A stretch of 64,000 nt of DNA from Candidatus Bathyarchaeota archaeon. GTDB taxonomy: Archaea; Thermoproteota; Bathyarchaeia; Bathyarchaeales; Bathycorpusculaceae. The stretch's first letter is position 1, and the number at the start of each line of letters is the position of its first letter. Below are positions 42,369-52,697 of this stretch, one piece after another. The position numbers and the translations under genes are program-made. The notes beneath the pieces were generated by a model. That model searched no databases. It was given only the letters and a program-made list of their open reading frames with translations, and was not told the origin of the DNA. The stretch is from NCBI GenBank assembly GCA_963777155.1, contig CAVZPM010000009.1, forward strand, positions 103,160 through 167,159, written 5' to 3'.

Positions 42369-43850
42369 ATAGGCTGCGGTATCTTTGGAGCAATAAATTA
42401 CGATAAACAACCCGTTTTCCCATTCATTTACTGGGGACTACGTGCTCAAAACCACCGAGGACACCAATCACACGGTTTCCTTACAAGCAACAACAACCAA
42501 TTCTATACCTACAAAGCTCTTGATTTGGTCCCAAGACTAAAAACAAATGTCATAAACGAATGGTACGAACGACTACCTGGATCCATAGGCATTGGCAACG
42601 TAAGGTATACAACCTCAGGCAAATGCGACGATGTTTCCATAATAGACGGTACCCAACCAGTCGTCGCTTCTTCAGACGGGATAAAAATTGCCCTCTCGTT
42701 CAACGGTAACATCGTTAATACGTTGCCGCTAAAAAAAGAGATGGATCTAAACTTTTCTGATTTTCTCTACAACTGCGACTCTGATATCGTCTGCCACAAA
42801 ATGCTCCTAGGGCTAAAGCAGGGCAAAACCTTGGAAGCAGCTGCCCGAATTGTTATGGAAAGTTTGGACGGAGCATTCTCTGTAACAGGCATAACTGGCG
42901 ATGGCCAATTCTTTGCCTTCAAAGACTCGCATGGCATAAAGCCCTTGTGCGCTGGACATGACCCTGAAGGTAAAACTTTCGCTTTTTCGTCTGAAACCGT
43001 AAGCTTAGACATGAATAGTTTTGTAAGAGATTTTGAATTAAAACCCGGTGAACTCGTAACTGTCTCAGAAAAGGGATTCAAACGTACCCAAATCATAGAG
43101 AATCCACGTGAAGCCTATTGTTGTTTCGAATATGCTTATTTTGCGAGGCCAGATTCTCGCTTTGATGGTAAATACGTCTATGAAATTCGAGAAGACTTCG
43201 GAAGAAACCTTGTTAAAGAATTCCCAGAAATTGTAAAAGACAGTGACATTATTGTGTCGGTGCCTGAAACCGGCGACGACTCAGCTATGGGCGTTCATGA
43301 AGCGTCGGGTCTAAGGTGGGAACGTGCCTCAAGGCGCCACCGTTACGTGACTGAACGAGCCTTTATACTTCTCAACAATGAACGCTACTCAACCATCGAC
43401 AAAAAAATCAACATACTCGGCAGCAAAGTAGCCGGTAAACGTGTCATAATAACTGAGGACAGCGTTGTCCGAGGCGACACCACTAAAGTCATCATAGAGA
43501 AACTCCGCAAGGCAGGCGCCAAAAAAGTCTACCTCTTCGTGACTTTCCCACGCATCATCGGACCCTGCTTCTATGGTATCGACATGTCCACCTATGGGCA
43601 ACTTATCGGATCCCGAAATAATCCTGAAGAAATTGCCAAAATCATAGGCGCCGACGCCGTATGCTATCAGTCGCTGGAAGGCTTAATCGGTGCCACAGGA
43701 CAAACCGAAAACCAACTCTGCTTAGCCTGCGTGACCGGAAAGTACCCGACGCCGTGCGCGCAGAAAATGTCTGATGTCATGAAAAAACGTTTTCTCGAAG
43801 GATATGAAGAGAAAAACAGGATTTATGAATCAGAAGAAGTCCAGCCGTAA
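42369..43850 (+). CDS. purF: Amidophosphoribosyltransferase
   Basis: Frame extends upstream of the ORF call to IGCGIFG...QNHRGHQSHG (catalytic Cys at 42375); RYTTSG, EDSVVRG and PCFYGID. Confidence 0.93.
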   Translation: MGCGIFGAINYDKQPVFPFIYWGLRAQNHRGHQSHGFLTSNNNQFYTYKALDLVPRLKTNVINEWYERLPGSIGIGNVRYTTSGKCDDVSIIDGTQPVVASSDGIKIALSFNGNIVNTLPLKKEMDLNFSDFLYNCDSDIVCHKMLLGLKQGKTLEAAARIVMESLDGAFSVTGITGDGQFFAFKDSHGIKPLCAGHDPEGKTFAFSSETVSLDMNSFVRDFELKPGELVTVSEKGFKRTQIIENPREAYCCFEYAYFARPDSRFDGKYVYEIREDFGRNLVKEFPEIVKDSDIIVSVPETGDDSAMGVHEASGLRWERASRRHRYVTERAFILLNNERYSTIDKKINILGSKVAGKRVIITEDSVVRGDTTKVIIEKLRKAGAKKVYLFVTFPRIIGPCFYGIDMSTYGQLIGSRNNPEEIAKIIGADAVCYQSLEGLIGATGQTENQLCLACVTGKYPTPCAQKMSDVMKKRFLEGYEEKNRIYESEEVQP

Positions 43851-43900
43851 TCGCTATAAAGCGTTCCTCCACTGATTAGTCAGTTAACGGTGTATCTCGG

Positions 43901-45314
43901 ATGGAGAAGATAGGTGTCTTACTTGGTTTCTTACGGCGCACGAGAAGTCGCCATGGCAGACGCACTTTTAAGAAGCACAAACTATCAAGTAGAACTTTTC
44001 GTCGCTGACAAACAACGTAACCCCTTCAATGCAAAACACGCCACCAAACACAAAGTCATCCCAAACCTTGACATCAATGAAGTCTGCAAGTTTGCCCAAG
44101 AAAACAAGGAAAACTTGGATTTCGTTATGGTTGGCTCCGAGAAACCAATAATCGAAGGTATACGTGACTTAGTCGAGAAACAAACCGGTATACCAGTTAT
44201 CTGCCCCAAAAAAGACTACGCCATCGAAGGAAGCAAAATTGCCCAACGCGTACTCTTTGAGGAGATTGCACCTGAGGCTAACCCTCGTTTTCGGATTTTC
44301 AACCCAGCTGATTACAAGGGCAAGGATGTTAGGCAAGCTGTTTATGAGTGGCTAGACGAGCTCGACAACCAAGCTGTGGTCAAACCTGACAAACCAGCTT
44401 TAGGCAAAGGTGTGGGCGTCTGGGGCGATCACTTCGCAAACCGCGAAGAACTTTTCGAGCATTTCATGTCCAACTTCCAATATGACTCAGTAATTATAGA
44501 GGAAAAAATCGACGGGGAAGAATCTAGCTGCATGGGTTTCTGCGACGGCAAACACTTCATTACTTTGCCCGACACCCGTGACTACAAACGCGCCTTCGAC
44601 GATGATAAAGGTCCAAACACAGGCGGCATGGGCTCATACAAAGACGTCACCGATTACCTGCCGTTCCTCACTGCCGCTGAACGAGAACAAGAGATCACGT
44701 TAGCTGACCGCGTCTTCAAGGGCTGGAAAACAAAAATCTCTGACGATTCAGCACTCCGCGGCGTTCCGCTGTACCTTGCCTTCATGCACACGGGCAAAGG
44801 CATAAAAATCCTTGAAATCAATAGCCGCCCAGGCGATCCTGAAATCATGAACTTGCTCCCAATTATAAAAGACGACTTCGTCGACGTTTGCCTCAAAATG
44901 GTAGATGGTGACTTGAAGGGCATTGCTCTGGAGAAGTCGGCTACAGTGTTGACATACAAGGTTCCAGCGGACTACGGAGGCTACGCTGAAGCACACCCCG
45001 ACAAAGTGGACAAGATCGCAGTCAACACACCAGTTGACCTCACCAAAGCAGAGGCACTTGCCAAAAAGTACGGCGACAAAATCCGCATCTACCCCGGCTC
45101 CATGGAATTGCGCGACGGCAAAAATTATGCGCTCAAATCTCGAGCCATCGGCATCCTAGGCATCGGCGATAGCATCGAGGAAGCACGCCAAATCAGCCAA
45201 GAAGGTGCAAAAGCCATTACTGGCGGCGCACTGTGGAACCGCACCGATGTCGCATCAAAACAACATATAGCAAAAAGCGTTACCCATATGGACAAATTGA
45301 GGCACAAGCCTTGA
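43901..45314 (+). CDS. purD: Phosphoribosylamine--glycine ligase; probable +1 indel near 43922
   Basis: GARE, GKGV, EEKIDGEE, DYKRAFDDDKGPNTGGMG and EINSRPGDPE. ATG 43901 gives MEKIGVL, joining LVSYGARE. Confidence 0.93.
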
Positions 45315-46393
45315 AACGTGTCTTTGTGTCCGACTGCGAAGGCCCTATATCAAAAAACGACAACGCCTTCGAGATAGCAGAGAACTTCATCCCAAACGGA
45401 GACAAGTTTTTCACCAACATAAGCCTCTACGATGACGTACTTGCAGATGCTCTAAAGAAACCTGGATATTATGCAGGCAGCACTTTGAAGTTGATTTTAC
45501 CCTTCTTCAAAGCCTACGGCGTAACCGATAGTCAGATGGAAGATTTCTCCACCAAAAATATAATTCTAATCGCCAACAGCAAAAGCACTCTAAACCACAT
45601 ACGAAAAATATCCGACGCCTTCATCGTAAGCACCAGCTACGAGCACTACATCAAAGCTCTATGCAAAGCAGTCGATTTTCCATACAAAAACACTTATTGC
45701 ACCAAAGTAAGCCTCGATAAATGTCCCATAACCCCGCAAGAGAAAGAGCGCCTAAGGGAAATAGCACAAGAAATCGCACAAATGCCCCTAATCGTTATCC
45801 CTCCAAACACAAAAACTGTTGAGGCTTTTTCGATCCGCGACCAAGCTCTTATCAAGCGGCTCGATGAGATTTTCTGGAGCTTAATCCCCAAGATGTTTGT
45901 CGGCAAGTTTCTCACCGACGTAGTTACTGTTGGTGGAGAACAAAAAGCTGAAGCAATCCGTGACGTCGCAAACCGCTTAGGCGTGGCATTGGAGGATGTT
46001 ATGTATGTGGGTGACAGCATAACAGACGTAGAAGCGTTCAAACTAGTCCGCGATAGCGGCGGATTAACTGTTTCATTCAACGGGAACAGCTATGCGGTGA
46101 AGAATGCTGAGGTGGCTGTGCGGTCAGAAAGTAACCTTGTAACTGCTGTACTCGTTGATTTATTCTGCAAGTTAGGCAAGAAGCAAACGGTTAAAACGCT
46201 CCAGTTATGGAGCCTTGATGCTCTCAAGAAAAACATGGTTGAAGAGGCTCTTCTCAAACCCCTATCTACCTTAAACCCTGATGCCTTTCCCAAAGTTCAA
46301 ATAGTCTCAGCCAAAAATATGGAATCACTCATAAAAGAGAGCAGTGCATTTAGGAAGAAGGTTCGTGGAGTAGCCATCGGGAGACTTGGATAA
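45311..46393 (+). CDS. HAD-superfamily hydrolase (COG4030/EhaR-like)
   Basis: DCEGP (motif I), VSTSY (II), GGEQKA (III), YVGDSITD (IV) and SFNGN; TTG overlaps the purD stop. Confidence 0.85.
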   Translation: MKRVFVSDCEGPISKNDNAFEIAENFIPNGDKFFTNISLYDDVLADALKKPGYYAGSTLKLILPFFKAYGVTDSQMEDFSTKNIILIANSKSTLNHIRKISDAFIVSTSYEHYIKALCKAVDFPYKNTYCTKVSLDKCPITPQEKERLREIAQEIAQMPLIVIPPNTKTVEAFSIRDQALIKRLDEIFWSLIPKMFVGKFLTDVVTVGGEQKAEAIRDVANRLGVALEDVMYVGDSITDVEAFKLVRDSGGLTVSFNGNSYAVKNAEVAVRSESNLVTAVLVDLFCKLGKKQTVKTLQLWSLDALKKNMVEEALLKPLSTLNPDAFPKVQIVSAKNMESLIKESSAFRKKVRGVAIGRLG

Positions 46394-46394
46394 A

Positions 46395-47303
46395 ATGGTT
46401 AAAGCTATAATCGAAGATACCTATGCAGAAGCGTTCACGGGGATTTATTGTCGGATAATCGTGACTGCGGACGATGAGCAGACCCTGCGTAAGGCAGCTG
46501 AAGACTCCACAGCGACGCCGTCCGTCGTGATAGGCAGAACTGAAGGCGGCGTAGAAAAATACCTGACCCCAAAAGAAACCCCCGATAAACGCGTGGGCGC
46601 TATCCTGCAGTTCTGGGGAGAAATCAACCCCAAAAAAACATTCGCGGAATCGCTAAAGAAATTCGAAACCGAGCTCTCTTACCGCATCCGCCAAGACATT
46701 CTCGTCAAACCCTTCACCGCAGTCTTCGACGCTTTGCCCAGGGCTGAGGGCAAACTGGACATGATGGAGACCGTAGGGCATTGCGGTGACGGATATGAAT
46801 GGGTCGAAAAACGGTTTGGCAGAGAAGTCATCGTTGTTCCACTAATGGTTCCAGACTTTGTAATTGAACGTTATCTTGGTTATTCGAAGGGTGTTATGGG
46901 CGGCAACTTTTGGATAATGTGCACATCAAAAGCTGCACTCAATGAAGCAGGCGCCAAAGCCTTAAAGGCAATCCACAAAGTGTATGGCGTCGTAACAACC
47001 TTTGACATCTGCTCAGCAGGCTCAAAACCCGAAACCCATTTTCCGAAAATAGGGCCAACAACCAATCACCTCTATTGTCCATCGCTCAAATCGCGCTTAG
47101 GTAAGGAATCGAAGGTTCCAGCAGGCGTAGGATACATAGGCGAAATCGTTTATGACGGCATTTCCTTAGACGCGGTCAAAGAAGCTACAAAGACAGGAAT
47201 CAAAGCCGTTTTAGACGTAGATGGCGTTGTGAGGGTTTCCGCGGGCAACTACGGCGGCAAACTAGGTGAACACAAAATCCAATTAAAAGAGTTGTTTTTA
47301 TGA
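46395..47303 (+). CDS. Formylmethanofuran--tetrahydromethanopterin formyltransferase paralogue (Ftr-like)
   Basis: [31 protein letters not shown] and [10 protein letters not shown]; internal motifs differ from canonical Ftr. Confidence 0.88.
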   Translation: MVKAIIEDTYAEAFTGIYCRIIVTADDEQTLRKAAEDSTATPSVVIGRTEGGVEKYLTPKETPDKRVGAILQFWGEINPKKTFAESLKKFETELSYRIRQDILVKPFTAVFDALPRAEGKLDMMETVGHCGDGYEWVEKRFGREVIVVPLMVPDFVIERYLGYSKGVMGGNFWIMCTSKAALNEAGAKALKAIHKVYGVVTTFDICSAGSKPETHFPKIGPTTNHLYCPSLKSRLGKESKVPAGVGYIGEIVYDGISLDAVKEATKTGIKAVLDVDGVVRVSAGNYGGKLGEHKIQLKELFL

Positions 47304-48211
47304 CAAAATTTGACGTAATAGGATTCGGAGCACTCAACATTGACATGCTCTTCAAAGTAGACAAACTTGCATCCGCAGAAGAAGAAAGCTTCATCGAAGA
47401 TTACAAGGAAGCCTGCGGAGGCTCAGCTGCCAACACGATTGTTGGGTTAGCGCGGCTCGGCTGCAAAGTCGGCTTCATCGGTAAAGTCGCTAACGACCGT
47501 GAGGGCAAAATGCAACTCGACTACTTCAAAGCCGAAGGGGTTGACACCAGCGGCATAGTTGAGGCAACCAAGGGCAGAAGCGGTTCAGTGATGGGGTTCG
47601 TAGATAGAAAAGGCGCAAGAGCCCTCTACATTAACTCAGGCGTCAACGACTTTGTGGAGCCTAGGGAAATCAAGTGGGAATATGTTTCTCAAACAAAATT
47701 GCTACACTTATCCTCTTTTGTTGGCGAAAAATCTTTTCGCGCCCAAAAAAAACTTTTAAGTGCGCTGCCTGATGGCGTTGAAATTAGTTTTGACCCTGGC
47801 TCTTTGTATGCACAGAAAGGGTTTGCTGTTATAGAGCCGATGATTCGTAATTCCCACGTTTTTATACCTAATTCACTTGAGCTTGAACAGTTAACGGGCG
47901 AAGAGGATTACCGCAAGGGCGCCGACTATATGATTAGTATGGGCGTAAAAATTGTGGCGGTGAAGCTTGGCAGCAAAGGTTGCTATGTCACTGACGGCGA
48001 AGAAAAGCTTAGTGTGGCGCCCTTCAAAGTAAAAGTCGTTGACACCACAGGAGCCGGCGACGCTTTCGATGCAGGTTTTCTCTATGGTTTACTTCACGAA
48101 AAAAGTCTCTATGAATGTGGCCAACTGGGCAATTTCGTGGCTTCCCGAAGCGTTATGACGATGGGTGCCCGCGCTGGCTTACCCAAAGCCAAGGATTTAG
48201 ATTTGATTTGA
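47300..48211 (+). CDS. PfkB/ribokinase family kinase
   Basis: GGSAANT and [10 protein letters not shown]; ATG overlaps the Ftr-like stop (ATGA). Confidence 0.92.
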   Translation: MTKFDVIGFGALNIDMLFKVDKLASAEEESFIEDYKEACGGSAANTIVGLARLGCKVGFIGKVANDREGKMQLDYFKAEGVDTSGIVEATKGRSGSVMGFVDRKGARALYINSGVNDFVEPREIKWEYVSQTKLLHLSSFVGEKSFRAQKKLLSALPDGVEISFDPGSLYAQKGFAVIEPMIRNSHVFIPNSLELEQLTGEEDYRKGADYMISMGVKIVAVKLGSKGCYVTDGEEKLSVAPFKVKVVDTTGAGDAFDAGFLYGLLHEKSLYECGQLGNFVASRSVMTMGARAGLPKAKDLDLI

Positions 48212-48271
48212 CGGAAAATCACTTGCCACTTAACTATCATTCTATTGTTTCTATATAATTAGCTAAAATGG

Positions 48272-48676
48272 CTAGATCCATTTTGTTTTGGTTTCCTTAA
48301 TTTGTTTGATATGCTTGTCGTCTGTTATTATGTAGTCAGAGCCCATAAGAATGGCTGTTGCAGCAATTATCGCGTCGGCTGTTGGCAAATCACCATATTT
48401 GCATCGGAGTTTAGCAGCCTCAATTGCAATGGGAACGCTAAAATCCACAAATTCAAGGTCTAGTTTGAGCAGGGAGTTAACCCTTAATTCAGCAACTTCT
48501 CTACCGAGGTTCTCAAGTTGAAACTTATAAAATTCATGTATCACTATTGAGGGTACAATGCCGAGATTTGCTTTTGTTTGAAGAGTTTGCAGGATTACTT
48601 TGGACCATTTTTTGAATTGTTCATCTTGTGTGGTCAAGCTATTGATAAAGAACCGTGTATCCATTACAGCTTTCAT
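48272..48676 (-). CDS. vapC: VapC PIN-domain toxin
   Basis: VMDT, IHEF, ADAIIAATA and TDDKH. Confidence 0.9.
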   Translation of the reverse strand: MKAVMDTRFFINSLTTQDEQFKKWSKVILQTLQTKANLGIVPSIVIHEFYKFQLENLGREVAELRVNSLLKLDLEFVDFSVPIAIEAAKLRCKYGDLPTADAIIAATAILMGSDYIITDDKHIKQIKETKTKWI

Positions 48677-48906
48677 TAGTATCTATCTTCAGATCGCATT
48701 TTATCCAGCATTTCTATAGCTTTCTTCGAATCTATCTTTCCAGCATCTATCCCTATTAGGTCTTCAAATCTCGGTACAACTTTGAGGACTATGCTTGATC
48801 CCGAGTCTTGAACAGTAATTTTCATGCCTTCTTTTATTCCATATTTACGTCTCAGAGCAGCAGGAACAGTAATTTGGCCTTTACGTGTAACGAGCACTTC
48901 TTCCAT
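48676..48906 (-). CDS. AbrB/MazE family antitoxin
   Basis: VTRKGQITVPAALRRKYGIKEG. Confidence 0.9.
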   Translation of the reverse strand: MEEVLVTRKGQITVPAALRRKYGIKEGMKITVQDSGSSIVLKVVPRFEDLIGIDAGKIDSKKAIEMLDKMRSEDRY

Positions 48907-48926
48907 TGTTGAACTTCAACCTTTAT

Positions 48927-48977
48927 GTTGTACAATTAATAAATGTACAACTTAACTATTGCGGCTGGAGTTGTACA
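48927..48977. promoter_or_regulatory. Three TGTACA boxes, candidate TA operator
   Basis: GTTGTACA-9nt-TGTACAAC inverted repeat (48927-48951) and GTTGTACA at 48970. Confidence 0.6.
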
Positions 48978-49110
48978 TTTTGACTCGAACAAGACAGATC
49001 AGTCCCATGTGCTCACTAATGATTAACCACATGCCTTCGTTCATTCCCGCGTTTTTGCCGAACCTTTTAGGCAGAACAATCCGTCCGAACTTGTCGACTC
49101 CGAAAGACAT
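48952..49110 (-). pseudogene. Second short AbrB-like ORF (52 aa), probably degenerate
   Basis: MSFGVDKFGRIVLPKRFGKNAGMNEG..., containing the AbrB D..GRIVLP signature. Confidence 0.6.
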
Positions 49111-49189
49111 TATATAACCAATTTAAACAAGCAATTAGCAAATATTTTTTTCTATTATGGATTTTTGCCCATAAAATTAAGATGCTTCT

Positions 49190-50008
49190 TTAGCATTTTT
49201 TGTTCAATTTGTCGATTATGCTTTGGAAAATGAGTTTTCCGTCGCCATACTGTAGCATTTGTGTTTGGCGTGTCCAGTCGGGTTGTTGCCACCAGTACAT
49301 AGCCCTCTCAGGATGAGGCATTAAGCCGAAGATGTTGCCTTCTTTGTTGCATATACCAGCGATGTCATAGAATGAACCGTTTGGGCTTGTTGGGTATTTG
49401 CAGTCGGCAACTTTGCCGTCTTTGTCACAATAGCGGAAAACAAGCATGTCCTCATCAATGAGCTTCTTTAGTATGTTCTGTTCTTTTTCTTTGGGAAACA
49501 GCAGTCTGCCTTCACCATGGGCAATCGGCATCCGCAACACTTTTCCAACTGGAATCTTACTTGTGAAAGAGCATTTTCCCTTGTTTTCTTGTTTGAGATA
49601 AATCCATTCGCACTTGAAGCCAGCAGGTTCATTCGTCGTTAATGTAGCTTCGGGGTAGGCGCTCATGCCTTGGAAGCCTGGAAGCAAACCGTATTCAACG
49701 AGGATTTGGAAGCCGTTGCATATGCCCAAGATTGGTCTGCCTTCATCAATGAAAGTTTCCATCTCTTTAGCGAGGTTAGCGGAGAGGTGCCTCGCAAAAA
49801 TCACGCCTGAACGTACATAATCGCCAAACGAAAAGCCCCCGGGAAAAACCAGCACCGAATAATCCAGCAGGTTACGGCGCTTGATTAACTCGTTAACATG
49901 GACAGATTCAGCTTGAACGCCCAACTCTTGGAAGGCACGCTGGGTTTCAGCATCGCAGTTGGTGCCGCCGACACGCATTACACAGACTTTGATTTCTTCA
50001 GGGTTCAT
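49190..50008 (-). CDS. purQ: FGAM synthase glutaminase subunit
   Basis: GTNCD, GGFSFGDY, GICNGFQ, AHGEG and MPHPER. Confidence 0.96.
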   Translation of the reverse strand: MNPEEIKVCVMRVGGTNCDAETQRAFQELGVQAESVHVNELIKRRNLLDYSVLVFPGGFSFGDYVRSGVIFARHLSANLAKEMETFIDEGRPILGICNGFQILVEYGLLPGFQGMSAYPEATLTTNEPAGFKCEWIYLKQENKGKCSFTSKIPVGKVLRMPIAHGEGRLLFPKEKEQNILKKLIDEDMLVFRYCDKDGKVADCKYPTSPNGSFYDIAGICNKEGNIFGLMPHPERAMYWWQQPDWTRQTQMLQYGDGKLIFQSIIDKLNKKC

Positions 50009-52392
50009 TATGGTTCAACCTCTGGGTTTAGTGTTTTCTTCCAGCTATGCATTAGCGTTTCAAGAGAAGTGTCAACGACAACTTTTCCATTCAAGCCATG
50101 GATAAGCAATTTTTGTTCTTTGGTTACTTTGCCGATTTGGGCGCAGTTTTTGCCCTTCATTAAGTCCTCAAAATCCTCTCTGTCCGCTTCTGCGACTTCG
50201 ATTAGGAATCGGCTGTTGGATTCAGAGAACAACACGAAGTCGTTTCGGGATAGTTCTTTGCCTGGTACTTTGCATAAATCTATTTCTAAGCCATATCCCC
50301 CTGCAAACGCCATTTCCGCCGCTGCAACTGCTAAGCCACCTTCCGAGAGGTCATGGCACGATTTAACTAATCCTTCGTCGATGGCTTTTGTTACAACTTT
50401 GAAGGTACGTTTGGCTTTTGCACCCCTAACTTTAGGTACGCTTGCGCCAAGGTAGCCTTTGAGTTTGTAGTATTCGGAGCCGCCGAGTTCGTTAAAGGTT
50501 TCACCGATGAGAAAAAGCAGGTTGCCTGATGCTTTAAGATCCATGGATATGGTGGATTGGATGTTTGGGATTATGCCTACTGCAGTGATTAGAAGTGTCG
50601 GTGTTACTGGTCCCAGCGGCGATTCGTTGTAGAGGCTGTCCTTGCCTGAAATGAACGGCGCTTTGAACGCAACAGCGAAGTCGTAGCAAGCTTCGCATGC
50701 TCGAATTAATGAGCCGAGGCGTTCTGGTTTCTCTGGGTTACCCCATACAAAGTTGTCAAGTAGAGAAATTCTTCTTCCCCCAACTGCGATATTGTTTCGA
50801 ATTGCCTCATCTATTGCTGACGCCGCCATCCAGTAAGCGTCGATTTTGCCATAATTTGGGTTCATGCCACAGGAAATAGTCAATCCCTTAATCGAATCAT
50901 CTATGGGTTTTAGGACTGCTGCATCGTTGGGTCCAGAGTGTTCCCCCTGCAACGGTTTTAACAGTGTATTGCCTTTGACTTCGTGGTCGTAGGTTCGTAT
51001 GATGCTTTCCTTGCTGGCGATGTTGGGTACCGCGAGCAATTGTAGCAGGGTTTCAGTAAGGTTTGTTGGCTCCGCAAACTCGGGTTCGACATTTTTTGGG
51101 GTTTCGATAGTTGCGGTTTTGCTGCTTTCGCAGGGGTTAAACATGAAATCCATGTCAATGTCAGAGACGATTTCGCTGTTGTAGGTGAGCAGCAGTCGTC
51201 TTTCTGGAATCAACTTGCCAATCGCTGTGGCTACAACATCTTCTTTCTGGAAAATCGCCATTACCCGCTCAAGATTTTCTGGCGGTATTGTCATGAGCAT
51301 GCGTTCTTGTGATTCGGATATGTAGATTTCCCATGGGGATAAACCCTGATACTTCAAGGGCACTTTTGCTAAGTCTACGGATACGCCGCAGTTGAAGCGT
51401 TCGGCAGTTTCGCCGACTGCTGAGGATAAGCCTCCACCGCCGATGTCTGTCACTGCTGAGCCCAGTTGCAAGTCTCGGATTTCGACCACTGCTCGTTTGA
51501 CTTTTTCTTCCTCTATGGGGTCAGCGATTTGCACGGCGGGTCGTGAGATTTCTTCTGATTTCTCAGTGAGTTCGGCGGATGCGAAGGTGACACCGTGGAT
51601 GCCATCACGCCCCGTTTTGCCGCCTGACAAAACGACGATGTCGCCAACTTTGCCGCTTTTAACGTATTTGTTAAGTGGCAGTAACCCGATGCAGCCGCAG
51701 TATACGATGACGTTACCTGTGTAGCTTTCGTCGAAGTATATGGCTCCGTTAACGGTTGGGATGCCCATGTTGTTTCCGTAGGCACTGATACCCGCGGTTA
51801 CTCCCATGTACACATATTTGGGATGCTTAACGCCGGCGGGTAATTTGTTATAATCGTAATCCAGTGGTCCAAAACCAAGTACGTCGGTGCACGCGATGGG
51901 ATCAGCCCACACTCCGAGGATGTCTCGGATGACGCCGCCGACTCCTGTTGCCGCACCGCCAAACGGCTCCACCGCGGACGGATGATTGTGAGTTTCCACT
52001 TTGGCAGCTATGCCAAAACCTTTATCGAATTTGACTATTCCTGCGTTATCTTCAAACACGCTAACGCACCAGGGCGCCTTGATTTGTTTGGTGGCTTTGG
52101 CAATGTAGGTCTTGAACAGACTGTTGATTTCTTTGCCGTCAAGTTGGATTTTGCCCTTAAACGTTTTGTGGCAGCAATGTTCACTCCACGTTTGACTTAT
52201 TGTTTGCAACTCTACGTCGGTGGGGTTGCGTTTTTCTTTCTTAAAATAAGCTTGAATAACCTTCAGCTCTTCTGGGCTGAATCCTAAGGCAAGCTCGCTG
52301 TTGATATCGGTTAGCTGCTGATTTGTGGCTTTTGCTATGGGAAATTCTAGGACTTGACTGTTTTTGCGTTGGGTGTAGAGGTCTTTGTTCAT
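50008..52392 (-). CDS. purL: FGAM synthase synthetase subunit
   Basis: WSEHCCHK, ETHNHPS, DIGGGG, SESQERM, SGKDSLYN and HDLSEGG. Confidence 0.96.
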   Translation of the reverse strand: MNKDLYTQRKNSQVLEFPIAKATNQQLTDINSELALGFSPEELKVIQAYFKKEKRNPTDVELQTISQTWSEHCCHKTFKGKIQLDGKEINSLFKTYIAKATKQIKAPWCVSVFEDNAGIVKFDKGFGIAAKVETHNHPSAVEPFGGAATGVGGVIRDILGVWADPIACTDVLGFGPLDYDYNKLPAGVKHPKYVYMGVTAGISAYGNNMGIPTVNGAIYFDESYTGNVIVYCGCIGLLPLNKYVKSGKVGDIVVLSGGKTGRDGIHGVTFASAELTEKSEEISRPAVQIADPIEEEKVKRAVVEIRDLQLGSAVTDIGGGGLSSAVGETAERFNCGVSVDLAKVPLKYQGLSPWEIYISESQERMLMTIPPENLERVMAIFQKEDVVATAIGKLIPERRLLLTYNSEIVSDIDMDFMFNPCESSKTATIETPKNVEPEFAEPTNLTETLLQLLAVPNIASKESIIRTYDHEVKGNTLLKPLQGEHSGPNDAAVLKPIDDSIKGLTISCGMNPNYGKIDAYWMAASAIDEAIRNNIAVGGRRISLLDNFVWGNPEKPERLGSLIRACEACYDFAVAFKAPFISGKDSLYNESPLGPVTPTLLITAVGIIPNIQSTISMDLKASGNLLFLIGETFNELGGSEYYKLKGYLGASVPKVRGAKAKRTFKVVTKAIDEGLVKSCHDLSEGGLAVAAAEMAFAGGYGLEIDLCKVPGKELSRNDFVLFSESNSRFLIEVAEADREDFEDLMKGKNCAQIGKVTKEQKLLIHGLNGKVVVDTSLETLMHSWKKTLNPEVEP

Positions 52393-52640
52393 TTGGTTTC
52401 AGCGACGCTTATGGTGTAGTTGTCTTTGGTTGGGTTAGCGAGGAGGCGTTTGCTCATTTCTTCAGATTTTGCCTTGGCTTCTTTGGGCGAGGATGCTTCA
52501 AGGGTTACGGTGTAGACTTTGCTGACATCCACTGCCTCTACTTTGTAGCCAAGTTCGATTAGTAGTCGCGCGGTTGTTTCGCCTTCCGGGTTGCTGTGTC
52601 CGGGTTTGAGGCTGACTTCAATTTTGGCAGCGTATTTCAT
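52389..52640 (-). CDS. purS: FGAM synthase PurS subunit
   Basis: LKPGHSNPEG...LLANP. Confidence 0.93.
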   Translation of the reverse strand: MKYAAKIEVSLKPGHSNPEGETTARLLIELGYKVEAVDVSKVYTVTLEASSPKEAKAKSEEMSKRLLANPTKDNYTISVAETK

Positions 52641-52697
52641 AAGCCTTTAAATTATGCCTTAGGATTTAAACGCTTTCGTAAAGAAAAAAGCAATACT

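Noticed and set aside
49898-50455. 185-aa plus-strand ORF
   Set aside because: Antisense shadow of purQ and purL.
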